The notes beneath the pieces were generated by a model that was given only the letters and a program-made list of their open reading frames with translations, was not told the origin of the DNA and did no database searches. A DNA stretch of 48,258 nucleotides from an uncultured Lactobacillales bacterium (GTDB taxonomy: Bacteria; Pseudomonadota; Alphaproteobacteria; CAAHEQ01; UBA3637). The translations under genes were made by a program, and so were the position numbers. This document shows, in pieces, positions 39,442 to 48,258 of this stretch (position 1 is the stretch's first letter; each line of letters begins with the position of its first letter). The stretch lies in assembly GCA_964643615.1 (NCBI GenBank), contig CAZXTR010000004.1, forward strand, positions 1-48,258, given 5' to 3'.

Positions 39442-40617
39442 ATGAGTTTGTTTCGGGATAAAAATTGCTATTTTAAAGATTTTGATTTGTCCTTAAAAGA
39501 TAAACTTGTCAATATGAATTGGTTGTTCTTTACGTTAATAACAATGGTTGTTGGCATTGGTATTTTACTTTTATATTCAGTGGCTGGCGGAAATGTTGAA
39601 CCATGGGCAATAAAACAATTTTCCCGTTTTTTAATGGGCAGTAGTGTTTTCTTTTTTGTGCTATTAATAGATTTAAGATTTTGGATGAAATATGCATATG
39701 TTTTATATGGGATAAGCCTGGCGTTGTTAATTGCTGTTGAAATCAAAGGAGAAATAGGAATGGGTGCTCAACGTTGGTTGGATATTGGTTTTTTGCAGTT
39801 ACAACCGTCTGAGTTGATGAAAGTCACGTTAATTTTGGCATTGGCGCGCTATTTCCATAGCAGTGGTGAAGAAGACGTTAAAAGTACGTTTCATTTGATT
39901 ATTCCAAGTTTAATGATGGTTTTTCCTGTGGTGTTAATTTTATTGCAACCAGATTTAGGGACTGCGCTGATGTTGGTTTTTGTTACTATTGCTATTTTCT
40001 TCTTGATAGGAGTTCCTTTATGGAAATTTATTTTTTTGGGGATTTCTGGATTGATAGCAATTCCTATTGGGTGGCATTTTTTGCACGATTATCAAAAACA
40101 AAGAGTCCTGACATTTTTGGATCCAGAAAGGGATCCTTTAGGGGCAGGCTACCATATTTTACAATCAAAAATCACACTAGGTTCTGGTGGCGTGTTTGGT
40201 AAAGGATATTTAGAAGGAACGCAAAGCCATTTAAACTTTATTCCAGAAAAACATACCGATTTTATTTTTACAGTTTTGTCTGAGGAGTTTGGTTTTGTAG
40301 GATCTAGTTTTTTAATTTTTTTATATATGTCAATTATTTTAATGGGATTTTATATGGCGTTAAGAAGTTGTAATTTTTTTGGGAAAATTTTGGCTTTGGG
40401 CTTGACAGTTAATTTTTCTTTATATGTGTTTATTAACATTTCTATGGTTATGGGATTGTTGCCAATTGTTGGTGTTCCTCTTCCTTTGGTATCTTATGGT
40501 GGGTCAGCTATGTTGGTTTTGATGGTTAGCTTTGCATTAATAGAAAGTGTTTATGTAAACAAAGAAATGGTCATCGGACGATTGGGGTTGTCAGATGATG
40601 AGTATAATAAAGATTAA
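39442..40617 (+). CDS. rodA: Rod shape-determining protein RodA
   Basis: MGAQRW, LQPSE, QPDLGTA, PEKHTDFIF, PLVSYGGS. Confidence 0.97.
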   Translation: MSLFRDKNCYFKDFDLSLKDKLVNMNWLFFTLITMVVGIGILLLYSVAGGNVEPWAIKQFSRFLMGSSVFFFVLLIDLRFWMKYAYVLYGISLALLIAVEIKGEIGMGAQRWLDIGFLQLQPSELMKVTLILALARYFHSSGEEDVKSTFHLIIPSLMMVFPVVLILLQPDLGTALMLVFVTIAIFFLIGVPLWKFIFLGISGLIAIPIGWHFLHDYQKQRVLTFLDPERDPLGAGYHILQSKITLGSGGVFGKGYLEGTQSHLNFIPEKHTDFIFTVLSEEFGFVGSSFLIFLYMSIILMGFYMALRSCNFFGKILALGLTVNFSLYVFINISMVMGLLPIVGVPLPLVSYGGSAMLVLMVSFALIESVYVNKEMVIGRLGLSDDEYNKD

Positions 40618-41285
40618 GGCATTAAAAGTTTGCGAAGTGATGGCATTTTTTTAACGTGCCGAGCTAAAAAGAACCCTGTTAATGAAAGACCTTTTGATAA
40701 ATCTAATGAATTGGCAGGAGCGTCTTTGTATAAAAAAGCGGGAAGAGGCAACAATTTTTCCCGATATGGATTTCCTTTTTCTTCGGATACAGCTCGTGCA
40801 GTTTTAGGAGATACATAGGCTAAATTTTGCTTGTTCCCTCCACCGGCGCATTTTGTCAAATCCATCCCAAAGCCTAAAATTGATAAAAGTTTAGCTTCTA
40901 GTTGAATGTATTTTTTTAACCAGTCAGCATCGTCTAAAGAATTTAAAAAATCATTCACAAAGAAGAAAAAGTCGCTTAAAGATTCTCGCTCGGGCAACGT
41001 TTCGTCCAATAGCGCACATAAGCACGATAAACAAGATAGTCTTTCACAATCTTCTAAATAACGAGCCCCGATACAATGTACAACTTCGCATGTAAAATAA
41101 CCCAATTGTTCTGCAATTCGAGCATGCCATTTGATATGTACGAACGTGCCTATGTCTAAAGGTGTTTTTAGACGGCAAAATCCTAAACAACGACCGTGAT
41201 TTTGGGTGAAGACACTTAAGATTGTGCTTGTTTCCCCATAGGGACGACGTGCAAGTACAAAACCAGAGTCTTGGAAGTTAAGCAT
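40614..41285 (-). CDS. recO: DNA repair protein RecO
   Basis: RPYGETS...FTQNHGR, WHARIAEQLG, LAYVSPKTARAVS; follows era. Confidence 0.93.
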   Translation of the reverse strand: MLNFQDSGFVLARRPYGETSTILSVFTQNHGRCLGFCRLKTPLDIGTFVHIKWHARIAEQLGYFTCEVVHCIGARYLEDCERLSCLSCLCALLDETLPERESLSDFFFFVNDFLNSLDDADWLKKYIQLEAKLLSILGFGMDLTKCAGGGNKQNLAYVSPKTARAVSEEKGNPYREKLLPLPAFLYKDAPANSLDLSKGLSLTGFFLARHVKKMPSLRKLLMP

Positions 41286-42174
41286 TGAAATCTAATCCCC
41301 ATTCTTTGTAACGTTCTGGGTCATTTCCCCAATTACTTTTGACTTTAACGAACAAGAAAAGCGAAACTTTTTTACCGAAAAATTGACTTAATTCTAATCG
41401 AGAGGCTGAACCAATTTTTTTCAACATAGTTCCTCTCTTGCCAATTATAATAGCTTTTTGGCCTTCGCGTTCGATGTAAATAGTTTGGTTGATTTGAATG
41501 CTTTTATCCGTTTCCTTCCAATCTGTTGTTTCAACTGCTAAAGCATAAGGTAATTCTTGTTGTAAATTAAGGAATAATTTTTCCCGCGTTATTTCAGCAG
41601 AAAAAAGGCGATTGGGTAGATCGGATAAGTTTTCTCTGGGAAACATGAATGCACTTTTTGGTATTTTATCAATAAGATAACTTTTTAAGTTTTGAATGTT
41701 TTCACCTGTGTGAGCGCTAATTAAAAAAGTTGCCGTTAAAAAAGAAAAGTCTTTAAATTTTTCGATTAAAGGCAGTAAACTTTTTTTTGTTACTAAATCG
41801 ATTTTGTTAATAACGAGGATAGTTGGTTTATTCTCTTTTTGTAAATTTTGAACAATAGACAAAGTATCTTCGTCTAATCCTTTTTTTGCGTCAACTAATA
41901 ACAATCGTATGTCTGCATCGTTGGATTCGGACCATGCTGATGCTACCATGGCTCGATCCAAGCGTCTTTTAGGTTTAAAAATTCCAGGGACATCAACCAA
42001 AACAACTTGAGCAACCTCAGTTTGAAGAATGCCACGAATGCGAGAACGCGTCGTTTGAACTTTTGGAGAAACAATTGAAATTTTAGCTCCAACTAGCGTG
42101 TTGACCAATGTCGATTTTCCAACGTTTGGGGCCCCCAATATAGCAACGAACCCGCATTTTGTTTCGTTTTTCAT
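41278..42174 (-). CDS. era: GTPase Era
   Basis: GAPNVGKSTL, VQTTR, DVPG, NKID, KH domain IIIGKRG. Confidence 0.98.
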   Translation of the reverse strand: MKNETKCGFVAILGAPNVGKSTLVNTLVGAKISIVSPKVQTTRSRIRGILQTEVAQVVLVDVPGIFKPKRRLDRAMVASAWSESNDADIRLLLVDAKKGLDEDTLSIVQNLQKENKPTILVINKIDLVTKKSLLPLIEKFKDFSFLTATFLISAHTGENIQNLKSYLIDKIPKSAFMFPRENLSDLPNRLFSAEITREKLFLNLQQELPYALAVETTDWKETDKSIQINQTIYIEREGQKAIIIGKRGTMLKKIGSASRLELSQFFGKKVSLFLFVKVKSNWGNDPERYKEWGLDFNA

Positions 42175-42812
42175 GAAGCGTTCCTTTGTAAAAATAAAAA
42201 GGCCGCATTTTGTTCGGCAAGTCTTTTTGAAGAGCCTTCTCCGATGATGGGTGGGAAGCCATCCATTTGAACTTGTATTTTGAAATGGGGTGCGTGGTCG
42301 GGGCCAGTTTTTTCTATGACTGTGTAGACGGGAAGTAACAATTTACGTTGATGTCCCCATTCTTGTAACATAGTTTTTGAATCGACAGGAGGTTGTTCCC
42401 CTTGTTTTACTAATGGTTCGAAAAGTGGAATAATAAAACCTTGAGCAACATCCAACCCTCCATCTATAAATAATGCACCAGTAAGTGCTTCAAAAACATC
42501 GGATAAAATAGAATCGTTTTGTCGAAGTTCTTCTTCTTTTGTTTTTAAATATGCGCTTAAATTAAAAATTTTTGCTTGTTTTGCTAACGTTTCTTCTCGA
42601 ACCAGGGAAACAAAACGTTTAGCAATATCGCCTTCTTTTTCTTTTGGATATTGTTTTAAAAGTAAGTCAGCAACGATTAACCCCAAAACGCGATCACCCA
42701 AGAATTCTAAACGTTCATATGAAGCACGTCGCCCGCCGTGAGCTAATGTTAAAACACGGGGCAAAAGAGTTTTATCTTTGAAATTATAATTCAGTTTTTC
42801 TTCTAGGGTCAT
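42171..42812 (-). CDS. rnc: Ribonuclease III
   Basis: YERLEFLGDRVLG, SDVFEAL, dsRBD; start set at ATG 42812. Confidence 0.97.
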   Translation of the reverse strand: MTLEEKLNYNFKDKTLLPRVLTLAHGGRRASYERLEFLGDRVLGLIVADLLLKQYPKEKEGDIAKRFVSLVREETLAKQAKIFNLSAYLKTKEEELRQNDSILSDVFEALTGALFIDGGLDVAQGFIIPLFEPLVKQGEQPPVDSKTMLQEWGHQRKLLLPVYTVIEKTGPDHAPHFKIQVQMDGFPPIIGEGSSKRLAEQNAAFLFLQRNAS

Positions 42813-43585
42813 GGTTGAATTCCTTTGAAAAGGCGGTCCCAACGAATAGAATTCCCCCAATTCCAAAAAGCAAGAAACGGGGAAATTCCGTTGTTGGAAT
42901 AAAAAATAAATTGCGCTTTCCCAATTATATTGTCCTTGTGTACAAGTCCAACTTGTTGAAAACGACTATCTTGAGAATTATCTCGATTATCTCCCATAAA
43001 AAAGAAATAATCTGGCGGAATAGTGATAAGAGGCGTATTATCTTGAAGTTCATGATCAGAAAATTCCATAATTTCATGAATGACACCATTTGGTAAAACT
43101 TCATTATATACCGAAAAAGCTATTTTTTGAAGCTGATTATCGGTGAAGGATTCGATTCTTTTGAAATTTCGAGGGACTAATGATCCGTTAATATATAAGC
43201 GCCCTTCTTTCATTTGTACAGTATCGTTGGGTAACCCAATTAAACGTTTGATATAGTCTTCGCTCGTTGATGCTCTTTGAATAAAATTAAGATTCTTTGA
43301 TTGTGGGCGCCTAAAAATGACAACATCTCCTCGTTTTGGTTCGCTGTAAAAAAATCGGCCATCAAAGGGAATAAAGCTAAAAGGAACTGAATTTTTGGAA
43401 TAGCCATAAGAATATTTACTTGCGAACAAATAATCCCCAATTAATAAAGACGGAATCATTGATCCTGAAGGAATATTAAAAGGAGCTCCGATAAGACTCC
43501 TTAAAACAATAGCAATTAATCCCGCCCATGCAATTGCTTTGAGATTTTCTTTGAACCAACCATCTTTCTTTTTTTCTTGTGACAT
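42809..43585 (-). CDS. lepB: Signal peptidase I
   Basis: [33 protein letters not shown]. Confidence 0.98.
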   Translation of the reverse strand: MSQEKKKDGWFKENLKAIAWAGLIAIVLRSLIGAPFNIPSGSMIPSLLIGDYLFASKYSYGYSKNSVPFSFIPFDGRFFYSEPKRGDVVIFRRPQSKNLNFIQRASTSEDYIKRLIGLPNDTVQMKEGRLYINGSLVPRNFKRIESFTDNQLQKIAFSVYNEVLPNGVIHEIMEFSDHELQDNTPLITIPPDYFFFMGDNRDNSQDSRFQQVGLVHKDNIIGKAQFIFYSNNGISPFLAFWNWGNSIRWDRLFKGIQP

Positions 43586-43668
43586 TTTTCATCTTTTATT
43601 TTGTTTGTTTTTCTGATATAAAGGACATCATAAAGGAATTTATTTTAAAATTCAATAGGAACTATTTA

Positions 43669-44787
43669 ATGTTGAGATTTCATTTATTAGGGACGTCTGG
43701 GAAGGCACGAATAGGTGAGTTGGAAACAGCTCACGGAAATATACAAACCCCAGCCTTTATGCCTGTAGGGACTTTGGCCACAGTTAAAGCAATGATGCCA
43801 GAATCTGTGGTATCAACAGGGTCTCAAATTATATTGGGCAATACATATCATTTAATGTTGCGTCCAGGCGCTAAACTTATAGAGAAGTTAGGCGGATTGC
43901 ATTCTTTTATGAATTGGTATGGTCCTATTTTGACAGATTCTGGTGGGTTTCAAGTGATGTCTTTGTCAAAATTATGTAAAAAAACGGAAGAGGGTGTTCA
44001 ATTTGCATCGCATATCGATGGTTCAAAGCATATGTTATCGCCCGAACGATCTATTGGAATTCAATATTTATTGGATTCCGATATTACGATGGCGTTTGAC
44101 GAATGTATGCCCTATCCCTCTTCTGGAAAAGCGGTTGAAAAATCAATGGAAAGATCTATGCGTTGGGCAGAAAGGTCAAAAAGTGCTTTTAAAAATAGGG
44201 ATGGGTATGGTATTTTTGGCATTAACCAAGGCGGGATGTACAAAGACTTGAGAAAAAAGTCTGCATCTCTTTTACAAGATATAGGTTTTGATGGTTATGC
44301 AATTGGTGGTCTTGCTGTTGGTGAATCCCAAGAAATGATGTTTGATATGTTGGATTTTATTCCAGAGTTTCTTCCCAAAGACAAGCCGCGCTATTTGATG
44401 GGTGTGGGGCGTCCTTCCGATATTGTTGGCGCGGTGCTTCGAGGTGTTGATATGTTTGATTGTGTTATGCCAACGCGTTCGGGAAGAACGGCTTTGGCTT
44501 TTACACGAGAAGGAACTATCAATTTGCGCAATGCTGTCCATCGAGAAGATTCAGGTCCTCTTGATAAAGGTTGCAATTGTCCCGCATGTGCTAATTATTC
44601 AAGGGCATATTTGCACCATTTGTTTAAAGTGGGAGAAATTTTGGGATGCATGCTGTTGACGTGGCATAACATTCAATACTATCAAGATTTAATGCGATCT
44701 ATTCGTCAAGCAATAGAGGAAGAAAGATATAACGACTTTGCTTTGGATTTTTTTGAAAAACAAAAAATGTTGAAAAGGCCATTATGA
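43669..44787 (+). CDS. tgt: tRNA-guanine(34) transglycosylase
   Basis: [35 protein letters not shown]; start set at ATG 43669. Confidence 0.98.
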   Translation: MLRFHLLGTSGKARIGELETAHGNIQTPAFMPVGTLATVKAMMPESVVSTGSQIILGNTYHLMLRPGAKLIEKLGGLHSFMNWYGPILTDSGGFQVMSLSKLCKKTEEGVQFASHIDGSKHMLSPERSIGIQYLLDSDITMAFDECMPYPSSGKAVEKSMERSMRWAERSKSAFKNRDGYGIFGINQGGMYKDLRKKSASLLQDIGFDGYAIGGLAVGESQEMMFDMLDFIPEFLPKDKPRYLMGVGRPSDIVGAVLRGVDMFDCVMPTRSGRTALAFTREGTINLRNAVHREDSGPLDKGCNCPACANYSRAYLHHLFKVGEILGCMLLTWHNIQYYQDLMRSIRQAIEEERYNDFALDFFEKQKMLKRPL

Positions 44788-45281
44788 AAAAGGAAATTCT
44801 GCACAGGGGAAACGGATTTAAACCTTTGATTTTTGATGTAAAAAAAATAATTCGTCCCTTACTTAATAAAAGAGGGTTCCAGTGTTCTGAAATTATTGAA
44901 CAATGGTCTGATATTGTGGGAGAAACGTTGTCTGTAGGTGTGCGACCCGAAAAAATTTCGTATATAAAAGATGATGATACAAAAGGGGTTTTGCATGTTG
45001 TGTGCCAAGGGGGAGCTTATGCTACTTTATTGGAGCATCGTAAAGGTATAGTGCTTGATCGCGTAAATACATTTTTGGGGCGCAATGTGTTACAAGATAT
45101 TAAAATTAGACAAGGAGAAACTTTTGCTTTAAAGCCAGTTTCGGATGATTTGCCTCCAAAAGTTTTGAATTCTGAACAAATGAAGGGGTTGTTTCAAAAA
45201 ACGCAACAAATAGAGGACATAGATTTAAGGGAATCAATGCTTAAATTAGGAGAGGCTATTTTAAAAAAAGGACAGCAATAA
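44784..45281 (+). CDS. dciA: DUF721 / DciA family protein
   Basis: [10 protein letters not shown]...VRPEKI...DRVNTFLG...IKIRQG. Confidence 0.8.
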   Translation: MKKEILHRGNGFKPLIFDVKKIIRPLLNKRGFQCSEIIEQWSDIVGETLSVGVRPEKISYIKDDDTKGVLHVVCQGGAYATLLEHRKGIVLDRVNTFLGRNVLQDIKIRQGETFALKPVSDDLPPKVLNSEQMKGLFQKTQQIEDIDLRESMLKLGEAILKKGQQ

Positions 45282-45790
45282 TGGATACAAGGGCTTTATC
45301 AAAAATAACGCATGGCGTCTATCTTTTGGGAACAAAAGATGGAAATAGAAACATAGGTTGCATTGTTGATGCGGTTATGCAAATTTCTTTTAATCCTTCG
45401 ATTGTCGCTATTTCTTGTGCGAAAAGTGGCTATACGCAAAGTTGCGCGATGAGTATGGGAAAATTAAGCTTGTCCGTTTTGCCAAAAACGATTAATCCCG
45501 CGTTGATTGGAATTTTTGGTTATCAATCCAGTAAAAATATAGATAAATGGGAACAATCTTTTTTGTTGGAAAAAGATGGACTTCCTTTTTTGTCCGAGGG
45601 GAGTGCTTTTTTTTCTTGTAACATATTAAAAAATCAAGAATTTAAAACACACCAAGTATTGTTTGCGCAAATCGTTGACTCTTGGCAAAAGGAAAATAAT
45701 ACAGAATCATTGACGTATGCATATTACCAAAACCATCTAAAAAGGGAAGTGATACAATTGTGTCAAAAAAATGAAATAGGAGGAAAATAA
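45281..45790 (+). CDS. Flavin reductase-like domain protein
   Basis: ALSKITHGVYLL, GCIVDAVMQI, FGYQSSKNIDK, THQVLFA, LTYAYYQ. Confidence 0.88.
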   Translation: MDTRALSKITHGVYLLGTKDGNRNIGCIVDAVMQISFNPSIVAISCAKSGYTQSCAMSMGKLSLSVLPKTINPALIGIFGYQSSKNIDKWEQSFLLEKDGLPFLSEGSAFFSCNILKNQEFKTHQVLFAQIVDSWQKENNTESLTYAYYQNHLKREVIQLCQKNEIGGK

Positions 45791-45793
45791 AAA

Positions 45794-45943
45794 ATGGAAC
45801 AAAATAAGAAAACTGTTTGGGTGTGCACTGTGTGCGGATATGAATATGATGGGGATGTTCCCTTTGAAAATTTACCAGATGATTGGGTGTGCCCATTGTG
45901 TGGTGTTGGCAAAGAACTTTTTGAACAACAAGAAGTTAAATAA
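45794..45943 (+). CDS. Rubredoxin (49 aa, missing from the ORF track)
   Basis: [49 protein letters not shown]; CxxC...CPxC; GGAGG RBS. Confidence 0.95.
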   Translation: MEQNKKTVWVCTVCGYEYDGDVPFENLPDDWVCPLCGVGKELFEQQEVK

Positions 45944-46000
45944 TATTTGCTCAAAGAGGTGTTGGCTGGAAGTTTTTTTAAAAAGGACTTTGATGTATAA

Positions 46001-46030
46001 AAAAAGTGGGAAAATGAATTCCCACTTTTT
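46001..46030. terminator. Bidirectional intrinsic terminator
   Basis: Perfect 12-bp stem AAAAAGTGGGAA/TTCCCACTTTTT between convergent genes. Confidence 0.85.
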
Positions 46031-46034
46031 GTTG

Positions 46035-46499
46035 TTATTTCTTTTCAACTGGCAAAACCTCGACGGCGCGTTGGCGACGTTTTTCCTTTTTTGCCTTCTG
46101 GATTTTCTTTTCCTTTACTGCTTTTGTTTTGCAGACAGAACTATCCAGCGTTGGATTTTTCAAACAATCACGCCAATCGACTTCGACAATTTCTGGTTTT
46201 GAGATTGCTTCCATTTTTTGAGCAGGAGCGTTATCAACTTTTGTCGTTTCCTTTTGGAGTGGATTTTTTAAATTCTTTGATTCTATTTTTTTCATCTTTT
46301 GTACTTCGTTAGATTTGCAAATCCAATCAGTGGAAGTTGTATTTTTTAAACATTCCTTCCAACGAGCGCAAACCCAATCGGCATCCTTTGATCCTTCCAT
46401 ACAAGCAAGAACCCTAGGATCAAGCCAATCTTCTTGAACGTTTGAAAACGCTGCACAAGGAGAGGCTAACAAAGCAAGAGTTAAAAACAATTTTTTCAT
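46035..46499 (-). CDS. Small exported protein with three C-x10-C repeats and a basic tail
   Basis: Signal peptide MKKLFLTLALLA; CMEGSKDADWVC, CLKNTTSTDWIC, CLKNPTLDSSVC. Confidence 0.8.
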   Translation of the reverse strand: MKKLFLTLALLASPCAAFSNVQEDWLDPRVLACMEGSKDADWVCARWKECLKNTTSTDWICKSNEVQKMKKIESKNLKNPLQKETTKVDNAPAQKMEAISKPEIVEVDWRDCLKNPTLDSSVCKTKAVKEKKIQKAKKEKRRQRAVEVLPVEKK

Positions 46500-46520
46500 G
46501 AATTTCTTCCTTTAAGAGTA

Positions 46521-46545
46521 AAGGAGAATGATGAACATTCTCCTT
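46521..46545 (-). terminator. Hairpin after the autotransporter gene
   Basis: Perfect 10-bp stem AAGGAGAATG/CATTCTCCTT, 5-nt loop, weak T tract. Confidence 0.6.
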
Positions 46546-46555
46546 GTATTCTGTT

Positions 46556-47974
46556 TTACCAACCGAGTGTAACGCCACCTTTAACAATTGTGCTTTTTTC
46601 ACCACCATAAGAAGCTCCAACGTTCAACAAAACATTGTCATTGATATAATGAAAACCACCAACCGCAAGGCCAGCTTTGTTACGATAAGCGCCTGTACCT
46701 AAAGAAATTTGAGTGCCTCCTGTAGCACGCGCATTGGGAACCAACCCAGATAATGCTGCAACCGAAGCAAACCCACCACGAACTTTGTCATCTAAATCGT
46801 CGACTTGACGCTCGACATTTTCGACGCCAGTGTTTAAACTTTGTAAGTTGCTTGTAACACTACCACCTGTAGATAAATATTTACCACTGATAGCGCTTCT
46901 GTCGCCGATAGCATCATCTAAAGCAGATAAATGGCTGGAAACGGTATCATTAAAAGCGTTTGTGTTTTCTGCCAAGTTTCCTTTGTAATTTGCGCCACGA
47001 GAAGCTGCTAATCCACCAATTTGGCCAAGACGATGGTCTAGTGCACCGAGGTGTGCAGAAATGGTCGCTCCGCTATAGGCTAGATTTCCCCTTGTGGTAT
47101 CATCATCTCCAAAATAGCTTGGATGGCCAATTTCATCTCGTAATTTTGCAACTTCAGTTTGAAGAGGATCAATAGCTTTGTTTGCTGTCCCCGTTACAAA
47201 AGATTCCAAAGATGAGTTCTTGTATTGAGCTGCTGTGATATTACCAGCTGCAACTGCTGCGCGTGCATCAAAAGTATCATTTAAATCTTCAATACCATCG
47301 TTAAGGGCCTGCAAGTTAGTGACGACATTTGCTCCAGCTGTTAAATTGTCGCCGTTCAAAGTGCTTCTGTTGCCAATAGAAGTATCTAATGCCGTTAAGT
47401 GGTTAGCAACACTTGTACGACCAGAATATTTACTTCTATCTTCTTGATCTAAGTTTCCTTCGGTGGCCATTTCATGAATTTGCCCGATAGAAGAATCAAG
47501 CCCGCTCAAGTGCGCTGAGATAGTTGCTCCGCTATAAGCAAGGTTTGTTTTGGATAAATCATCATTCCCAAGGGTAGAAGGATGTCCTAATTGATCTCCT
47601 AGGGTTTTAATATCTTCTGTTTGCTGAGTATCAGAAGATGCTAAATCTTGAATAGAACTTTTGTTATGGTCTGCCAAGATTTCCAAATCATTGATGTCTG
47701 TATTTTGCGCTGAATCTGATATTTGTAATGCTGCGATTTGGTCTTCTATAGAGATTGTAAGTCGAGCTGGGTCGACCCCAGGGGTGGCTACTAATATCTG
47801 AGAAGGGACTGTGGTAGTCTTGTTTGATGTTGTTGTCCCGTAATTAACAAGAACGACTTCTGCGCGAGATTGCGATGCAAAAAGCAACGAAAAAACAGCG
47901 ACTCCAAAAAAAGCACTTTTTTTAACCGTGAAAAGTCCTCTAAAAGATTTGTTCAGTAAATTCGAGTACATCAT
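46556..47974 (-). CDS. Trimeric autotransporter adhesin (YadA-like anchor)
   Basis: C-terminal GGFASVAALSGL...ISLGTGAYRNKAGLAVG...KGGVTLGW; signal peptide; start at ATG 47974 after AAAGGA (47989 also possible). Confidence 0.9.
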   Translation of the reverse strand: MMYSNLLNKSFRGLFTVKKSAFFGVAVFSLLFASQSRAEVVLVNYGTTTSNKTTTVPSQILVATPGVDPARLTISIEDQIAALQISDSAQNTDINDLEILADHNKSSIQDLASSDTQQTEDIKTLGDQLGHPSTLGNDDLSKTNLAYSGATISAHLSGLDSSIGQIHEMATEGNLDQEDRSKYSGRTSVANHLTALDTSIGNRSTLNGDNLTAGANVVTNLQALNDGIEDLNDTFDARAAVAAGNITAAQYKNSSLESFVTGTANKAIDPLQTEVAKLRDEIGHPSYFGDDDTTRGNLAYSGATISAHLGALDHRLGQIGGLAASRGANYKGNLAENTNAFNDTVSSHLSALDDAIGDRSAISGKYLSTGGSVTSNLQSLNTGVENVERQVDDLDDKVRGGFASVAALSGLVPNARATGGTQISLGTGAYRNKAGLAVGGFHYINDNVLLNVGASYGGEKSTIVKGGVTLGW

Positions 47975-48089
47975 TTTTAATCCTTTCATTAAAATTTGTA
48001 CGTTTATCTCTTTTTAAAGAGGAAAAACAGTCTCGATTTAACGGGTTGTATTTTGTCATTTTCAATTTGAAAATAACTCATTATTGCAG

Positions 48090-48118
48090 ATATTAATAAG
48101 AAGTAAATAAAATGTCAA
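48090..48118 (-). promoter_or_regulatory. Sigma70-type promoter for the autotransporter
   Basis: TTGACA (48118-48113)-17 nt-TAATAT (48095-48090). Confidence 0.55.
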
Positions 48119-48258
48119 GCAAAAAATATATATTTAAAGCCAAGCATATCTTATATGACTATTTCAATTGTTTTTGTCTATGTTTTTTTCTAAAAAATGT
48201 TTTTTAATATTTTTACCAATTATGCGTTTGGATTTTAAAATATCCCTGTGAATGCACG

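Noticed and set aside
45781-45796. Frameshift or readthrough fusing flavin reductase and rubredoxin
   Set aside because: The two frames are separated by TAA plus 3 nt and the rubredoxin has its own GGAGG RBS; separate genes are the simpler reading, though readthrough is not excluded
45763-46202. ORF-track calls 45763-45954 (-) and 45840-46202 (+)
   Set aside because: They overlap the real rubredoxin (45794-45943) and the terminator in other frames
48058-48086. Fur-like operator upstream of the autotransporter (AATAATGAGTTATTTTCAA, minus strand)
   Set aside because: Only about 9/19 match to the Fur consensus in AT-rich DNA

Overview
AT-rich core-genome segment of an alphaproteobacterium, probably host-associated and Rhodospirillales-like (inferred from gene order and the DUF3126 and COG4223-HemY genes). 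In order it carries dnaX/ffs, fabD-fabG-acpP-fabF-(HD-like orf)-mltG, a LonC-type protease, dnaN-recF-gyrB, uvrB, infA, rpsD, psd-pssA, trmJ, xth, dusA, sufE, trmL, mreBCD-mrdA-rodA, lepB-rnc-era-recO, tgt, dciA, flavin reductase plus rubredoxin, and a trimeric autotransporter. One GC-richer island of about 4 kb sits at the 3' end of tRNA-Thr(CGT). It holds an intact type I hsdM, an hsdS split by a frameshift that maps to an interrupted (CT)11 tract exactly between its two TRDs, and an hsdR cut down to its nuclease domain. It has no integrase. This looks like a stranded, restriction-dead methyltransferase cassette with switchable specificity and is the best candidate for a novel system here. 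Secondary signals: two A9 runs at the gamma/tau boundary of dnaX, two apparent pseudoenzymes (HD/Mesh1-like and WecA/MraY-like), a structured gyrB-uvrB intergenic region, a long rpsD leader, a non-canonical KTA motif in PBP2, a split Hrb-like module, and repeat motifs in two exported proteins. All calls are by eye; no searches were run.
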